Below, in pieces: positions 14,166 to 27,391 of a DNA stretch of 55,440 nt. Position numbers and translations under genes: made by a program. Each line of letters opens with the position of its first letter. Positions within the stretch are counted from its first letter, which is position 1. Location: NCBI RefSeq assembly GCF_006345805.1, contig NW_021833758.1:1-55440 (forward strand), read 5' to 3'. This DNA comes from Octopus sinensis. Taxonomy: Eukaryota. Below the pieces are notes generated by a model, which was given only the letters and a program-made list of their open reading frames with translations, ran no database searches and was not told the DNA's origin.

Positions 14166-14560
14166 ATAGTTTCATTTATTTGCCACAAGGGTGATGGATG
14201 AACGGCACAATAAAAACAGACATAAAGTGTGGGGTTTACATATAATGAAATGAAATGACAGAATATATAAATAGAATTTTTAAAATAAGGGAGTAAGTAT
14301 ACAGGTGTACAAGGAAAAAGAAGGGACGTATACGTAGCATACAAAGGCTTTATGATAAAGGTGCGGGATCAGAGAGAGGTAGCCCTTCTAATACAGGATG
14401 GCTACTTGGGGTAACAGAGGAACCACACTGTCCGACATTTCTCTGAACACGAGGCCAAACATTCTTGAACGTTTCATCCGAATCTATCCAACAGTTCTTG
14501 AGATATCTTGTCACGGAAAAACAAACAGACATGGCTGAAAACAATAATATATCCGATAAA

Positions 14561-14978
14561 GGGATCTTTTCGGTTTGAACGGCGGTTTTTAACATAAATT
14601 CTAGGTAACTAACAAAATTTAAACTTCGTATACTGGTAGAATGTGTTTATAAAACATCTTTTTCTCTTGGCTTTATTGAGAAAATTCAATAATTTGTAAG
14701 ATATTTGTTGTTGTTTTTCTGCAATTTCTGCAATTTCAACCAATCAGTGACGTCTATTGAGTTAAAAAGCATTCTGTGCCGTATGAATATGTCACTCGTT
14801 TAAGAAACAGATTGGGTTTATTTACATTTGTGAAGAAAAAAAGATACCCTTCCTCCACCCCTAACCCTAACCCTAAAAGAGATTGAAATGCAATAGATCG
14901 ATACTAGGGTCATAATTATGGGTGACAATTTCATATGACACCGCTAGAAAAAACTGCCGTTCAAACCGAAAGGATCCC
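14561..14978. mobile_element. MITE, 418 bp, 30-bp TIRs, 6-bp TSD GATAAA
   Basis: TIRs GGGATCTTTTCGGTTTGAACGGCGGTTTTT / AAAAACTGCCGTTCAAACCGAAAGGATCCC with 2 mismatches. GATAAA flanks both ends (14555-14560 and 14979-14984). Internal (CCCTAA) repeats at about 14860-14876. Confidence 0.9.
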
Positions 14979-15372
14979 GATAAAGCACTAACAATAAAAA
15001 TTACTAAAATACATGAAGCTATGAAAAATATGCTCATCAAGGCGAAACTCTGATGAATCCGTCTTGAATTTCTATATCACACGTTTTGGAGCACGTGTAT
15101 TACTTAGAAATAGAGCATTTGTTCTGAGTGTCTTCTCAGTTTTAAGCAATGCATAATGAACGACAGAAAGGCTGGTTATTCGAGCTGTTAGAGTGTTGCC
15201 TAGATTAATGTCTAACATTCATTTCGGATCATTGCCTTCTCATTCACATTTGAGTTTAGCATTCCTCCTCCATGTTGCTTTTCTCTACAAGTCTCTCTGT
15301 CTTTTTCGCTGTCTCAGTATTTAGGCCTACAATCTACTTTCTCTCTCACCCTCGCCAACACACACTCTCTCT

Positions 15373-15407
<35 letters not shown>

Positions 15408-15504
15408 TAAATATTTATATTTATATATATATATATATTTATATAGATATAAATATATATATTTATATAGATATAAATTTAAACGTTCACTTCCGGACTC
15501 TCTT

Positions 15505-15704
15505 ACTCCGAGGAAGGGAGGGCTCTTATGAACTAACCCTGAAATCGGTTCGATATGGTAATAATGGATTTTTTTAGAAATTTCTGTCGACCTTTTTTCG
15601 AGTAGCGTGCATATTGTGAAAAAATTATTTTGGTTAATGGACAATATGTCCAATTTTTCGGCATATTTGGCATTAGAAATTTTTTTCGTTTGCCCTTATT
15701 TATG

Positions 15705-15705
<1 letters not shown>
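15505..15705 (+). mobile_element. Right half of the fold-back element seen complete at 38168-38567
   Basis: Highly similar to 38375-38560. Confidence 0.85.
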
Positions 15706-15739
<34 letters not shown>

Positions 15740-15821
15740 AAATATTATGTGTTAGGGAATAACAATTCCGGCATAACAGAGGTAAATTATCTCAATGAAG
15801 AAATATATTTTAATTTAGAGA

Positions 15822-15925
15822 TGTCAGAAAATGTTCTCAGAGTTGTTTTCATCGTATTAAACTATTAGTAGTTTATAAAAATGTATACTGTCTTTATTAA
15901 ATAATATTTACCTCCGACAAGAGGT
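15822..15925 (+). repeat. About 105-bp direct repeat, copy 2
   Basis: Matches 13600-13705. Confidence 0.85.
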
Positions 15926-16143
15926 AAATATTATTACCTACTTCTCACCAAATAAAAAGATGTTTTAATTTTTATTTTAAATACCTACTGTTTTATTCCT
16001 TGGCAACACGTGTTTCATGAGGTACATCCTCGGGTTCCTAAACCACTCCGTGTTTCCCTGGAACGTTATTAGCCGTTGAGTACCCCACTCAATTGTATTA
16101 GTAATATCTTTAATGATATATATATATATATAATAATAATAAT

Positions 16144-16275
16144 ATTAGGGAATAAATCCAAACTTACAGGGAAAAATTAGATTTAGGATTAAATCCAATT
16201 TCATAGTATAAATATATTATATTATATTATATTAAATTAGAGATAAAACCACTATTAGGCAAATCAAACAGTGAA
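16144..16275. repeat. Unclassified dispersed repeat, copy 2
   Basis: Matches 2494-2615. Confidence 0.75.
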
Positions 16276-16547
16276 AAACATAAGCGAATACATAAAATTA
16301 ATTTTAAAATATAAAAGTTAAAATTTAAAAAATTATTAAAATAATTTAAACTTATAAATTTTAAATATATTTGTACAAATATATATATATATATGTATGT
16401 ATATTTTTATATTTATATATTATTTTGTTTATTAATTAATTATTTATCTATTTATTTATTTATTTTTATATATAAATATCAAAAGTATTAAAAGTGTGTG
16501 TGCGTGTATTCATATATATATATGTGTGTGTGTGTATTGTTTGATAT

Positions 16548-16785
16548 TTTCCTTGTTTCACTCACTAGACTGCGTCCGTAGTGGGGCACCACCTTGATGA
16601 ATTTTTAGACGAATGAATTGAGACCATTGCTTGCTTTCTAAAGCACGGCACTATTCTATCTGCCTCATTTCTCGAACCGCTAAGCTACGGAGAAGTAGAC
16701 ACGCCAACACGAGTTGCCAAGCAACTGACACAACACATACATACACACACATACATACACACACATGTTATATAAATAAATTGTT

Positions 16786-16820
<35 letters not shown>

Positions 16821-16829
16821 TAGTTACAT

Positions 16830-16861
<32 letters not shown>

Positions 16862-16870
16862 GGGAGATAA

Positions 16871-16926
<56 letters not shown>

Positions 16927-17108
16927 TTAGTTAGATATACATATATATCTGACGGGCTTCTTTTAGTTTCCGTCTACCAAATCCACTCACAAGGCTTTGG
17001 TCGGCTCGAAACTATATTGGAAGATACATGCCCACGTTGCCACGAAGCAGAACCGAACCCGGAATTATATGGTTTGGAAGGAAGCTTCTTACCATACAGC
17101 CACGTCTG
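16548..17108 (-). mobile_element. Old SINE family A copy with expanded internal microsatellite
   Basis: Diverged tail (16548-16730) and head (16945-17108) are separated by about 210 bp of (CA)/(GATA)/(GA). Confidence 0.72.
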
Positions 17109-17120
17109 CGATAATATTTC

Positions 17121-17143
17121 TATGTATGGATGGATGTACGTAA

Positions 17144-17174
<31 letters not shown>

Positions 17175-17665
17175 TGTATGTATGTATGTATGTATGTATG
17201 TGTGAATGTATGTATGTATGTATGTATGAATGTATGTATGTATGTACGTGTGTATGTATGTATGTGTGTATGTGTGAATGTATGTATGTATGTATGAATG
17301 TATGTATGTATGTATGTATGTTTGTATGTATGTATGTATGTATGTACGTGTGTATGTATGTATGTTTGTATGTATGTATGTATGTACGTGTGTATGTATG
17401 TATGTGTGTATGTTTGTATGTATGTATTTATGTAGGTATGTATGTTTGTATGTATGTATGTATGCATTTATGTATGTATGTATGTATGTGTGTATGTATG
17501 TATGTATTTATGTATGTTTGTATGTATGTATGTATGTTTGTACGTATGTATGTATGTATGTATGTATGTATTTATGTATGTTTGTATGTATGTATGTATG
17601 TATGTTTGTACGTATGTATGTATGTATGTATGTATGTATTTATGTATGTTTGTATGTATGTATAT
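17121..17665. repeat. (TATG)n array, about 540 bp
   Basis: Direct reading. Confidence 0.97.
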
Positions 17666-20166
17666 AGATATGCGCAGATTTTACACTTTGCTTAGGATTA
17701 TATGAAATACATTATGTATGAATCAAACATCACTTCTACTTAGTTTAAGGAAATGGTTTGTCTTTAGTGTTTGAGGGAAATTGTTTAACGGAATGCAAGG
17801 AAAAACTTTGGGGAGAAAGCAGAGAAAAATGTAACAGATATGTTTTAAAAAAGGTAGACAAATACAGCAAAACTTAGTGGCATGTTGTGGCAATAGTTAG
17901 CTTCTCTTGGATATTAAGATCTATCGACACCAATGTAAGAGTTTGTGTGAAAAGAATATTTTAAAATTTTGAGATCGGGAAAACTACCTACGGATGCCAT
18001 CTACATGTAAAACATATAATGTATTTATTGTAGTGAACCGAGGTGAATCTTTATTCCCCCGAAAGGGTCTTGTAAAGAGAAAGAAAATCCTTAGCGTAAA
18101 TGACAATTCTTGTTAACTTTGACAAAAGAGAGACATCTGAAATTTAAATATTAAAGGGCGATAAATAGTCGGTAGTGTGTGTGAGCTAACGATTCTGATT
18201 GTTTTTCTTTATATTTGAGATACTCATGTATTCATATTTCCTTTTAGATACAGTGTTTTGTCGTTTTTAAGAGCTGTCGGTACTATTGTTAGTTGCGCTG
18301 ATTTTCTCACATTTAGGGTGATGTTGACTGATCAAATATACGTATGATGTCCAGTTAACATCTTGACTTTATAGAGAAATGTACAGATATTTTTCCTGGT
18401 TTACCTTCCCTCGACCAAGCTGCGAATATAACATTCGTTCCAGCATACAGAGGTCATTGCAGATATCACGCGAGGAATGTGGCTTCGTTGAACGCCATAG
18501 TCGACGCTGAGAGATTTAGTCGCGGAGAGTCAAGTACTTCTTTCCGGATTAATTTGGTGATTTTTACTGTACAACGTTTCCTAAAATATTTCCCCCTCTC
18601 CATCATTTATAATTCATGAAAGGCTTCGGCATACTTGCGTGAATGCCAATAATTAACAATTAAACTTTAGATATATCCTGGGGTTTAAAACGCAGAGGAT
18701 CAGATGTGTGGGAGAGAAGAAACTGTGTCAGATTGACTATACTGACGGAAGGCTGCTAATTTACGCGGTTCATGACTCATCAGCACTCACTTTGGATTGG
18801 TTGAGGTAATTAAATATACGCATTCCTTCATACGATGTCTGTTTTGAATAATTTAATAAGACATTACTTAAAATAGTGTACTGTCTTATAAACATAACTG
18901 TCAATGGATCGTCACTTAATAATTTATATTTATTTGATGATCTAAGGGCAAAAATAGATACATATCTACAAAATGTTAATTTAATGTGTCTGGACATGTA
19001 CATTTGTCATTGGCTATTAATTACAACCGAATTAGTAAAGTATAATGGTTCAAAGCTAGAGATGAGGAAGCTCTCTTCATACTACATGATTATAGAGTAG
19101 TACATAAATACATAGAGTAGCATCTCATATGTACTGTAGTGAGTTGGAAGACTTCGATAGCCTCATATTATTATAGGAATTACAAGGCAAATTCTGTGGT
19201 GTTTGGAAACTGGGAATGACAAGCAACGAAGATAAGTTAAAAATCGATCAATGATTTTAGGGAATTGATAGAATGCAGTTCTGTGTGGATTTGACTTTAA
19301 AGTCGTCTAGATAAACACAAAATTTGTTTTGAGACTATAAGATTTTCTCATCAAAGCATATTCTTCTTAGTGGATTATTGTTCGCCAAATTGGTTTAACG
19401 ACAAGAATAACGTCTGAATCCCTTATCTATTTTTTAAAACTAGATTAGATGATATTATGGGAGTTGGATTCCTCCTTGTTTTTAAAACAGCACTAGAGAG
19501 TTTTGTTCTCTAAATAAGATAATTTCCATAATTCGAATTTATTTAATTCACAATGATTCCTTAATAAGACCCTACCAAATGTGTACTCAACACGCAGAAC
19601 GTTCTCTTTATGTCATTTGCCCTTGTGAGAATGATTAGACTGTCAACATTAATGCTGACATTCATAATCATATATATATATGATTATTTTGCTAAGAAAT
19701 GGAATTTTCTTCGCTAATGAGATCTAACAAGTGCGAAGCATCTGTACTTTTTTAAATTCTGGATTTAAGACGAGACCTACGAACTTGCATTGTCTTTTGT
19801 TTTAGAAAAATTCGAAGTTACTGGTATTTTAATTTGCTTGTCATTAAATTTTTATCCAGCTTAAAGCGATTATTTAATCTCGTTGTAAACATAATGTCAT
19901 ATTGCAAGTGTAAGATGCTACCTCCAGGTATTGAGTACACATCATAACTTTAAGCCAGCCCATTTTTAAGAACTTGGGGATGTGGATAACATCGGCTCCA
20001 AATTCTTATAAGTTTTTACGATATGAACATGCAATCCCAAATTTGATGAAAGACAATGTAGATAAGGACAGATGTTGCACTTGGGAGTATAAAACCGAAA
20101 ATAAATTTCTGGCCGTCACTAATTTTTAATTCTTTTAACACTATAATCTTATAAGATTATAGCCTG

Positions 20167-20288
20167 ATTTCGTTCGTTCATATCGTATTTCATATACATT
20201 GGGTTTGTTATTTCGCGTGCAACAGTGTCGGCTGTGTATTCGGATGAATATTTCCTACATGCGGTGCATGGTATTATGGGAGAATTTA
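20167..20288 (+). repeat. About 125-bp direct repeat, copy 1 (copy 2 at 22154-22280)
   Basis: ATTTCGTTCGTTCA...CAACAGTGTCGG...CTACATGCGGTGCATGGTATTA.GGGAGAATTTA is present twice. Confidence 0.88.
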
Positions 20289-21703
20289 ATTATTCAATAA
20301 TTTTAGATATGCAAAGTATAATAAAAGATCATGGAATCATAAAACTGCGAATCTATTTCGTGAATCTTAATTACTTTTCCTTACATCAGTAATTTTAATT
20401 GACAACCAACGAAAGTTCTTATATCTACCAGACTTCTTAAACATCTTAGAAGCTCGTCTTTAATCAAATCCTTTAATATTTTTTTGAAAATATAATACAA
20501 TGCAATGCAATACCTCTTCAAATATCTGGAAACTTATCCATCTCTTTAATATCATTAGTCATGGCTCAAAGCAAGACATTGCTTGGAACCACTTTTGATT
20601 TCAATATGCACCTCGTTGCACTTCGTTTATATAAAGTAGACTTAATGTCAACTAAAACTTTAACAAATTACGGAAACATTCTACTGTGGTTCCGTAATAC
20701 TTGGATGGTATTTAAATGCACTGTTCCTATATAATGGAATGGTTGTAGCTCTTTCAATAGAACTATTTTACTTACATTAGTCACTATTAGAGTCACCAAA
20801 ACGTGAAAGAAAATACATGGCTATGTTCTGAAGTATTTAAGTATATTTCTTTTGTACTTCGTTTCTTATGTGACTAATATAATTTCTTTGTATAAGCTCA
20901 ACGAGCATATAACAAATCGAATAGAAGTATGCATTGTAATATCCAGACATCTTTCATGTAATATCCATATATAAAACAAACTTCAAAACATTGCCTGGTC
21001 GTATTGCTAATCTTATCTCATATATACATCACGTGAAAGAGACTCATACATTGCAACTTATTTCATTATTCCATCATGCTTATATCTAGTATCACTAATT
21101 ACTGCGATATCCATTCATTTTTAAACGAACAAGAAATATCTCTTCATTTTCCATGCTATAGAAGTAACTCTGCGTGTTTGCACGATATTACATGCCATAT
21201 CAATTAAAACAATATTTATTCCCTTCCTTCTATCACAATTTATCTTTGAATCTTGTGATCCTAAATATGCACATGCGTGATTTACGTTCCTACAATTTAG
21301 CTAAGCGTTCTCATTAGTAGTAGGAGCGGAAACTTGTGGTATTTAGATACCGTGTATTAGTTTCTGATTTCAAATCTCAACGACAGCCATGTCATTTAAT
21401 CATTCACCATTGCATAATCAACAATCAACATTTAAATCAGCAACAAAAAGCGTTATCGAAACCAAAACAGTTCCTAAAATATGTGATCCTGTGCCAAAAT
21501 CAGATATTCTTTTAATATAAAAAAAAAAACAAAATAAAAAAGCAAAAATAAAAAGGGCAAAAAAATGCACGGCTGATTTCACATTCATACTGATTAAATA
21601 AACTCAAATGCATCTAAAACGTGAGCGGTTTACTCCTTTGATAAGGTAGAATTACTTTTACCGATTCGATTATACTTTGGTGTGAAGCGTATGTCCACGC
21701 TTA

Positions 21704-22091
21704 GTGAAGGCGCAATGGCCAAGTGGTTAGGGCAGCGGACTCGTGGTCATAGGATCGCGGTTTCGATTCCTAGACCGGGCGTTGTGAGTGTTTATTGAGC
21801 GAAAACACCTAAAAAAGCTCCACGAGGCTCCGGCAGGGGATGGTGGTGATCCCTGCTGTACTCTTTCACCACAACTTTCTCTCACTCTTACTTCCTGTTT
21901 CTGTTGTACCTGTATTTCAAGGGGCCGGCCTTGTCACTATCTGTGTCACGCTGAATATCCCCGAGAACTACGTTAAGGGTGCACGTGTCTGTGGAGTGCT
22001 CAGCCACTTACACGTTAATTTTACGAGCAGGCTGTTCCGTTGATTCGGATCAACCGGAACCCTCATCGTCGTAACTGACGGAGTGCTTCCA
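21704..22091 (+). mobile_element. tRNA-derived SINE family B with 14-bp TSD
   Basis: tRNA(Arg)-like head GGCGCAATGGCCAAGTGGTTAGGGCAGCGGACTCG...GGTTTCGATTCC. TSD TATGTCCACGCTTA at 21690-21703 and 22092-22105. Confidence 0.92.
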
Positions 22092-22153
22092 TATGTCCAC
22101 GCTTATCCTACATCGTTTGAAAATTAATTAGAGAATTTTACATAGATTACCTT

Positions 22154-22280
22154 ATTTCGTTCGTTCAGTAGATATCGTATTTCATATACATCGGGTTTGT
22201 TATTTTGCGTACAACAGTGTCGGTTATGTATTCGGAAGAGTATTTTCTACATGCGGTGCATGGTATTAGGGGAGAATTTA
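22154..22280 (+). repeat. About 125-bp direct repeat, copy 2
   Basis: Matches 20167-20288. Confidence 0.88.
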
Positions 22281-22471
22281 TGCGTGACCTGTGCAAGATG
22301 GAATTGTGGGAAATATACTATTGAATGGAATGTGTGTGACAAACGATGGGGGTTTGACTATTTCTAGACGGCGTGCTTTGTTGTAAATCATGTCTCATTT
22401 TTTTACTATGTGTTTGAATCTAGTTATATGGAATACTTACTCTTATTTTAGTAAACTTCTATTCAGTGTTT

Positions 22472-22867
22472 ACTGTGGAGGCGCAATGGCCCAGTGGTTA
22501 GGGCAGCGAACTCGCGGTCGTAGGATTGCGGTTTCGATTCCCAGACCGGGCGTTGTGAGTGTTTATTGCGCGAAAACACGTAAAAAAGCTCCACGAGGCT
22601 CCGGCAGGGGATGGTGGTGATCCCTGCTGTACTCTTTCACCACAACTTTCTCTCACTCTTACTTCCTGTTTCTGTTGTACCTGTATTTCAAAGGGCCGGC
22701 CTTGTCACTCTCTGTGTCACGCTGAATATCCCCGAGAACTACGTTAAGGGTACACGTGTCTGTGGATTGCTCAGCCACTTGCACGTTAATTTCACGAGCA
22801 GACTGTTCCGTTGATCGGAGCAACCGGAACCCTCGTCGTCGTAACCGACGGAGTGCTTCCCCCTCCC
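22472..22867 (+). mobile_element. SINE family B with 13-bp TSD
   Basis: TSD CTATTCAGTGTTT at 22459-22471 and 22868-22880. Confidence 0.92.
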
Positions 22868-23189
22868 CTATTCAGTGTTTTCTCTAACAAGATCTTTATA
22901 CTTTGATATATTTCTCCATATATTTCTGGGCGGTAGTTGTGTTCGGTAGAGGAACTTTTATCAGGATATAAACAGATATTCGTTTTTCTGTATTTGATAC
23001 TTATTTCTGGACTATTCACTTTGGTTTCACCGTCAATATCGTCAAGCCCGTCCCGGGATATTGTAAATAGATAACTTTTCATACGCTTTTATTTCTGCCT
23101 CTCTTCGCCACTTCTCAGATTCTATGTCAACATCTCGGCCTATCTCCACTGCATGTAATGGCGAACTCAAATGCACCTCTGCAGACTCA

Positions 23190-23295
23190 TTTATATAAGG
23201 GCAGAGCAGCCAGAGACGAAGTGCTCAACAGACATATTCAGTTCAGTTCATCGTCTGCATTTTACATCAGATTCTTCTTTTACTATAAAGTAAAT
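23190..23295 (+). promoter_or_regulatory. Candidate TATA-box core promoter and short non-coding exon
   Basis: TATATAAGGGC at 23192 in non-repetitive DNA, TCAGTT initiator-like motifs at 23238-23248 and a possible donor AAA|GTAAAT at about 23290. TATA-to-Inr spacing (about 48 bp) is longer than canonical. Confidence 0.2.
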
Positions 23296-23633
23296 ATATT
23301 GTTTTGTGGCTAACCATTGAGAATTTGCAACTAAAATTAGACATTCCATTTCAGATTCTATTTGTGGCAATCAACGTTATTGTTCCACTTCACTCTGACT
23401 AATTTCTTCATATCTTTCCAATACTATTCACTTCAATAACATTGCTGTGTTTATTTTTCGTATATATTGACGGCTATTAAAACTGGCAGATTTGATAGCT
23501 TATACTCCTTTTAATGTCAGTGGCAACCATGATCTGGTGTTACCCTGATTTCTCATTTTTGTATTACATTTTCTGGAACTGTGAAATACTGACAAAAAGA
23601 ACCCTTCATATAATCAAGCCATACCATGCTCAG

Positions 23634-23705
<72 letters not shown>

Positions 23706-24115
23706 TGATTGATTGATTGGTATTCTTTACAGCATATTTTACATATATTTGTTTAAACGACAACACCTGCGGTGTTCGCCCGCGAAATATCCCTTTAATG
23801 ACGTATCACGTTAAAACGTGCAATATACTTAAGACAGGAGAAACAAAATCATGCTAGAAATGATCGCGTAAGCGACAGATACGTATTTCACCGTAGTTGC
23901 TGCATATCAATGACATGCTCTCGTGCCACATCCGAATCAAAATCGAATCTACTAGCTGGAGTTGTATAAACTATCTGTTAGGTTTCAATGGCACTGCATA
24001 AGCCCAATAAATTTGAATTGAGTAGCAACTAAGGCAAAAGACGAATCTGTCGCTCTCGGGATGATTTCTGGAGTGATTTTGTCTTCTAGTCTTGCACACT
24101 TAATATTTCATCTCG

Positions 24116-24505
24116 GTGGAGGCGCAATGGCCCAGTGGTTAGGGCAGCGGACTCGTGGTCATAGGATCGCGGTTTCGATTCCCAGACCGGGCGTTGTGAG
24201 TGTTTATTGAGCGAAAACACCTATAGCTCCACGAGGCTCCGGCAGGGATGGTGGTGATCCCTGCTGTACTCTTTCACCACAACTTTCTCTCACTCTTACT
24301 TCCTGTTTCTTTTGTACCTGTATTTCAAAGGGCCGGCCTTGTCACTCTTTGTGTCACGCTGAATATCCCCGAGAACTACGTAAAGGGTACACGTGTCTGT
24401 AGAGTGCTCAGCCACTTACACGTTAATTTCACGAGCAGGCTGTTCCGTTGATCGGATCAACCAGAACCCTCGTCGTCGTAACCGACGGAGTGCTACTATC
24501 CATCC
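24116..24505 (+). mobile_element. SINE family B with 10-bp TSD
   Basis: TSD ATTTCATCTC at 24105-24114 and 24506-24515. Confidence 0.92.
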
Positions 24506-25043
24506 ATTTCATCTCCGATGATGGAATACACAGTTTATGGAAACCTGGATCAACACATTGATCTATTATCTGGTCTAATATTTCTATTCTATTTTTGCTT
24601 AATTCGCTTCGCCGTTAAACTAATTCAAATGAATTGATAAGCTTGTCCAGCCTTGATTCTGCTTTCCTCTTCTTTAAATTGTACCTACTGGCTCGACGGT
24701 AAGCTGTAGATCACCGGATCTCTCCCTAATGGACAGTGGCTACCAAAATATGTTTGTGACATATTTTAAATGCTAAAAGCAAATTTACTGCAGTTAGCGG
24801 GGAGAAAATTTCTCTTATGGTAAAACGGTGTAAGAAGAAAATATCTGTCCCGTGTTACCATCTATCGGGATTCCAAGAGATTCGTATTTCTAGCTCCTTA
24901 GTTGTTACCAATGGGAAATACCTAACAGAGGAGAGACCTCTGGAGAGACCTTATTAAAACTATAGCTTTAACTAATATACTGACAACAGCTTTGATTGAT
25001 TTGCGCCGATAGGCGGCCAGGTCGTCGAAATTACCGTAATATT

Positions 25044-25268
25044 TTATTTCTTTACTACCCACAAGGGACTAAACACAGAGGAAAAAACAAGGACAGAAAA
25101 ACGGATTAAATCGATTATATCGACCCCAGTGCGTAACTGGTACTTATTTAATCAACCCCGAAAGGATGAAAGGCAAAGTCAACCTCGGCGGGATTTGAAC
25201 TCAGAACGTAAAGACAGACGAAATACGGCTACGCATGCTAACGTTTCTGCCAGCTTGCCGCCTTAATA
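25044..25268 (-). mobile_element. SINE family C monomer with 14-bp TSD
   Basis: TSD ATTACCGTAATATT at 25030-25043 and 25269-25282. Confidence 0.88.
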
Positions 25269-25499
25269 ATTACCGTAATATTAACACCAAAACAGTGTTT
25301 AGTCATAAGTAAAGTTTAGGTTAGTTAAAATATGTTTTCGACATGATTTCCCAGTCAAATAGTGAGGTCAATTATAGTTGTATTAATTAATTACATTCTG
25401 TCCACACTTCATTCAACGTTCACAAATGTATGAAATTTATTCAATTTTCATTCAATAAAAGTACCATCAGGTACTTTTACACGATATGTATAGCTGAAA

Positions 25500-25569
25500 A
25501 TGAGCAGCAGCAGACTAGGGTGGGCTGCAGCTCTTTTCCTCCTTGCAACTGTCACATCTTTGTTATTGA
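25500..25569 (+). CDS. Candidate signal-peptide-encoding exon of an unknown secreted protein
   Basis: TAG|CTGAAAATG context encodes MSSSRLGWAAALFLLATVTSLLL (basic n-region, long h-region), with a possible phase-1 donor A|GTCAGT at 25570. Non-repetitive DNA. No downstream exon identified. Confidence 0.25.
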
Positions 25570-26109
25570 GTCAGTGTTTCAAATTCGAGGAGAACCGAGA
25601 GATTGCCTTGCTTATTTATGAATGCTCGTGATTACATTGAAATTAAGATCCAGCAGCCAACCCACCATCGCGAACGTATAGGGCTTGGAAAACATATCTC
25701 ATGTTAATTACGAATTAAAATGTACATTTTCCAGACCACACTCGTTCGAGCTGGTGTGCTGACTACTGCGTCTTAATTTCACTCATTTGCAACAATGTAA
25801 TTATATTCCATGCATAAATTGCCGTCAAATTGCCAAATCAAAGCATTCAAATATATCCCCCTATTATCAGGTATATGTACTTATATGATAGATATAACGG
25901 ATGTGGCCTGAATAGTGGCGTTATATTCCATATTTTTTTTTTTTACAAAAAAGTAAAATATTACGAAATATGAGAGAATAGCGTACCATTGGATCTATAT
26001 ATACATATTCTATATATACATATAAATACACGCGAAAACACGCGCATACACACATCCACACGCACACATATGCACACAGACACACACATATATGTAGGTG
26101 TGTACGTAG

Positions 26110-26142
26110 GTGTGTGTGTATAAGTGTAAGTACGTATGTATG

Positions 26143-26222
<80 letters not shown>

Positions 26223-26343
26223 GTGTGTGTGTGTGTGTGTGTGTGGTGTGTGTGTGTGTGTGTGTGTGTGTATGTATAAATTTTCAGTCGTCTCACTAGT
26301 AACTTAACAGCTTTGGTTGGATTTTTGTCCACTCCGTCACACA

Positions 26344-26374
<31 letters not shown>

Positions 26375-27297
26375 AACAAAAACACACTCAACACACACGC
26401 ACACACACATACACACACAATCACACACACTCACACACGCAACTCTCAGACAGAAATACATACATACAAGACAGTCGTTGGAATTTAACTAGCGATATAT
26501 GAGAAGGGGGGGAAAAAACGGTGCTGAAAGATGAGGGCGAAACGGTTAAATGGGAGGAGTTGTTAGACTTGAATTAGTGGGTGTGCAAATATTGAAGGTG
26601 GAGTTTATTGGTGTCCTAGGACTGTATGTTGAATATTCATGTGCACACGTCCTTCCTCTATTACGTTGTGGCGTAGTAGTAGATTGAGGCAGTGAGAAAG
26701 ATAAGGAATAAAAGACGGCTGGGTAAGAGTGTTGGAATATATTTGCAGAGAGAATGAATAAATTTTGTGTGAATAAGAGATAAGCAGTATGGAGGATTAG
26801 AAAGAGAGGGGGAGAGAGAGAGAGGAAGAGAGAGATGGAGAGAGGGTGAGTATATAATAATAAACAATGAGAAACACTACAAGGTGAAACAAAGTATGGG
26901 CAGAGAGAGAGAGAGAGAGAGAGAGAGTAAGGGGTGAGGGAATAGGAGAGATAGAGTATAAGAGAGAGTAGGAGACAGAGTAGAAAAGCGAGAGAGACAG
27001 AGAGACAGAGAGACAGAGAGAGAGAGAAGAGTGACAATAGCAGAGGTTGAGAGTAGGAGAAGTTTATTCATGCGGATATGACACTGAGTATGTCACAAGC
27101 ACACATACAAGCGCAATTATAAAGATGATACCACAAAATATTATTCACACGCTTACATCAACACACACACACACATATATATATATATAAGCAGGAAAAA
27201 TAAAGTGTATATGTGTATGCATGTGTGTGTATTGTGTTTATGCATGCCTGTGTAAGTGTATACATACATATACATCTATATATATACATATACATAT

Positions 27298-27332
<35 letters not shown>

Positions 27333-27335
27333 TAC

Positions 27336-27391
<56 letters not shown>

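Noticed and set aside
14860-14876. (CCCTAA) repeats as a telomere remnant
   Set aside because: Only 2-3 units, internal to a MITE.
18380-18560. Locally GC-richer segment with a possible minus-strand exon
   Set aside because: No recognisable protein; the splice signals are compatible with chance.
21704-21780. tRNA-like sequences at SINE heads (also 22475, 24116, 37572, 42464, 9113)
   Set aside because: They have A/B boxes but no complete acceptor stem and run into SINE bodies with TSDs, so they are not tRNA genes.
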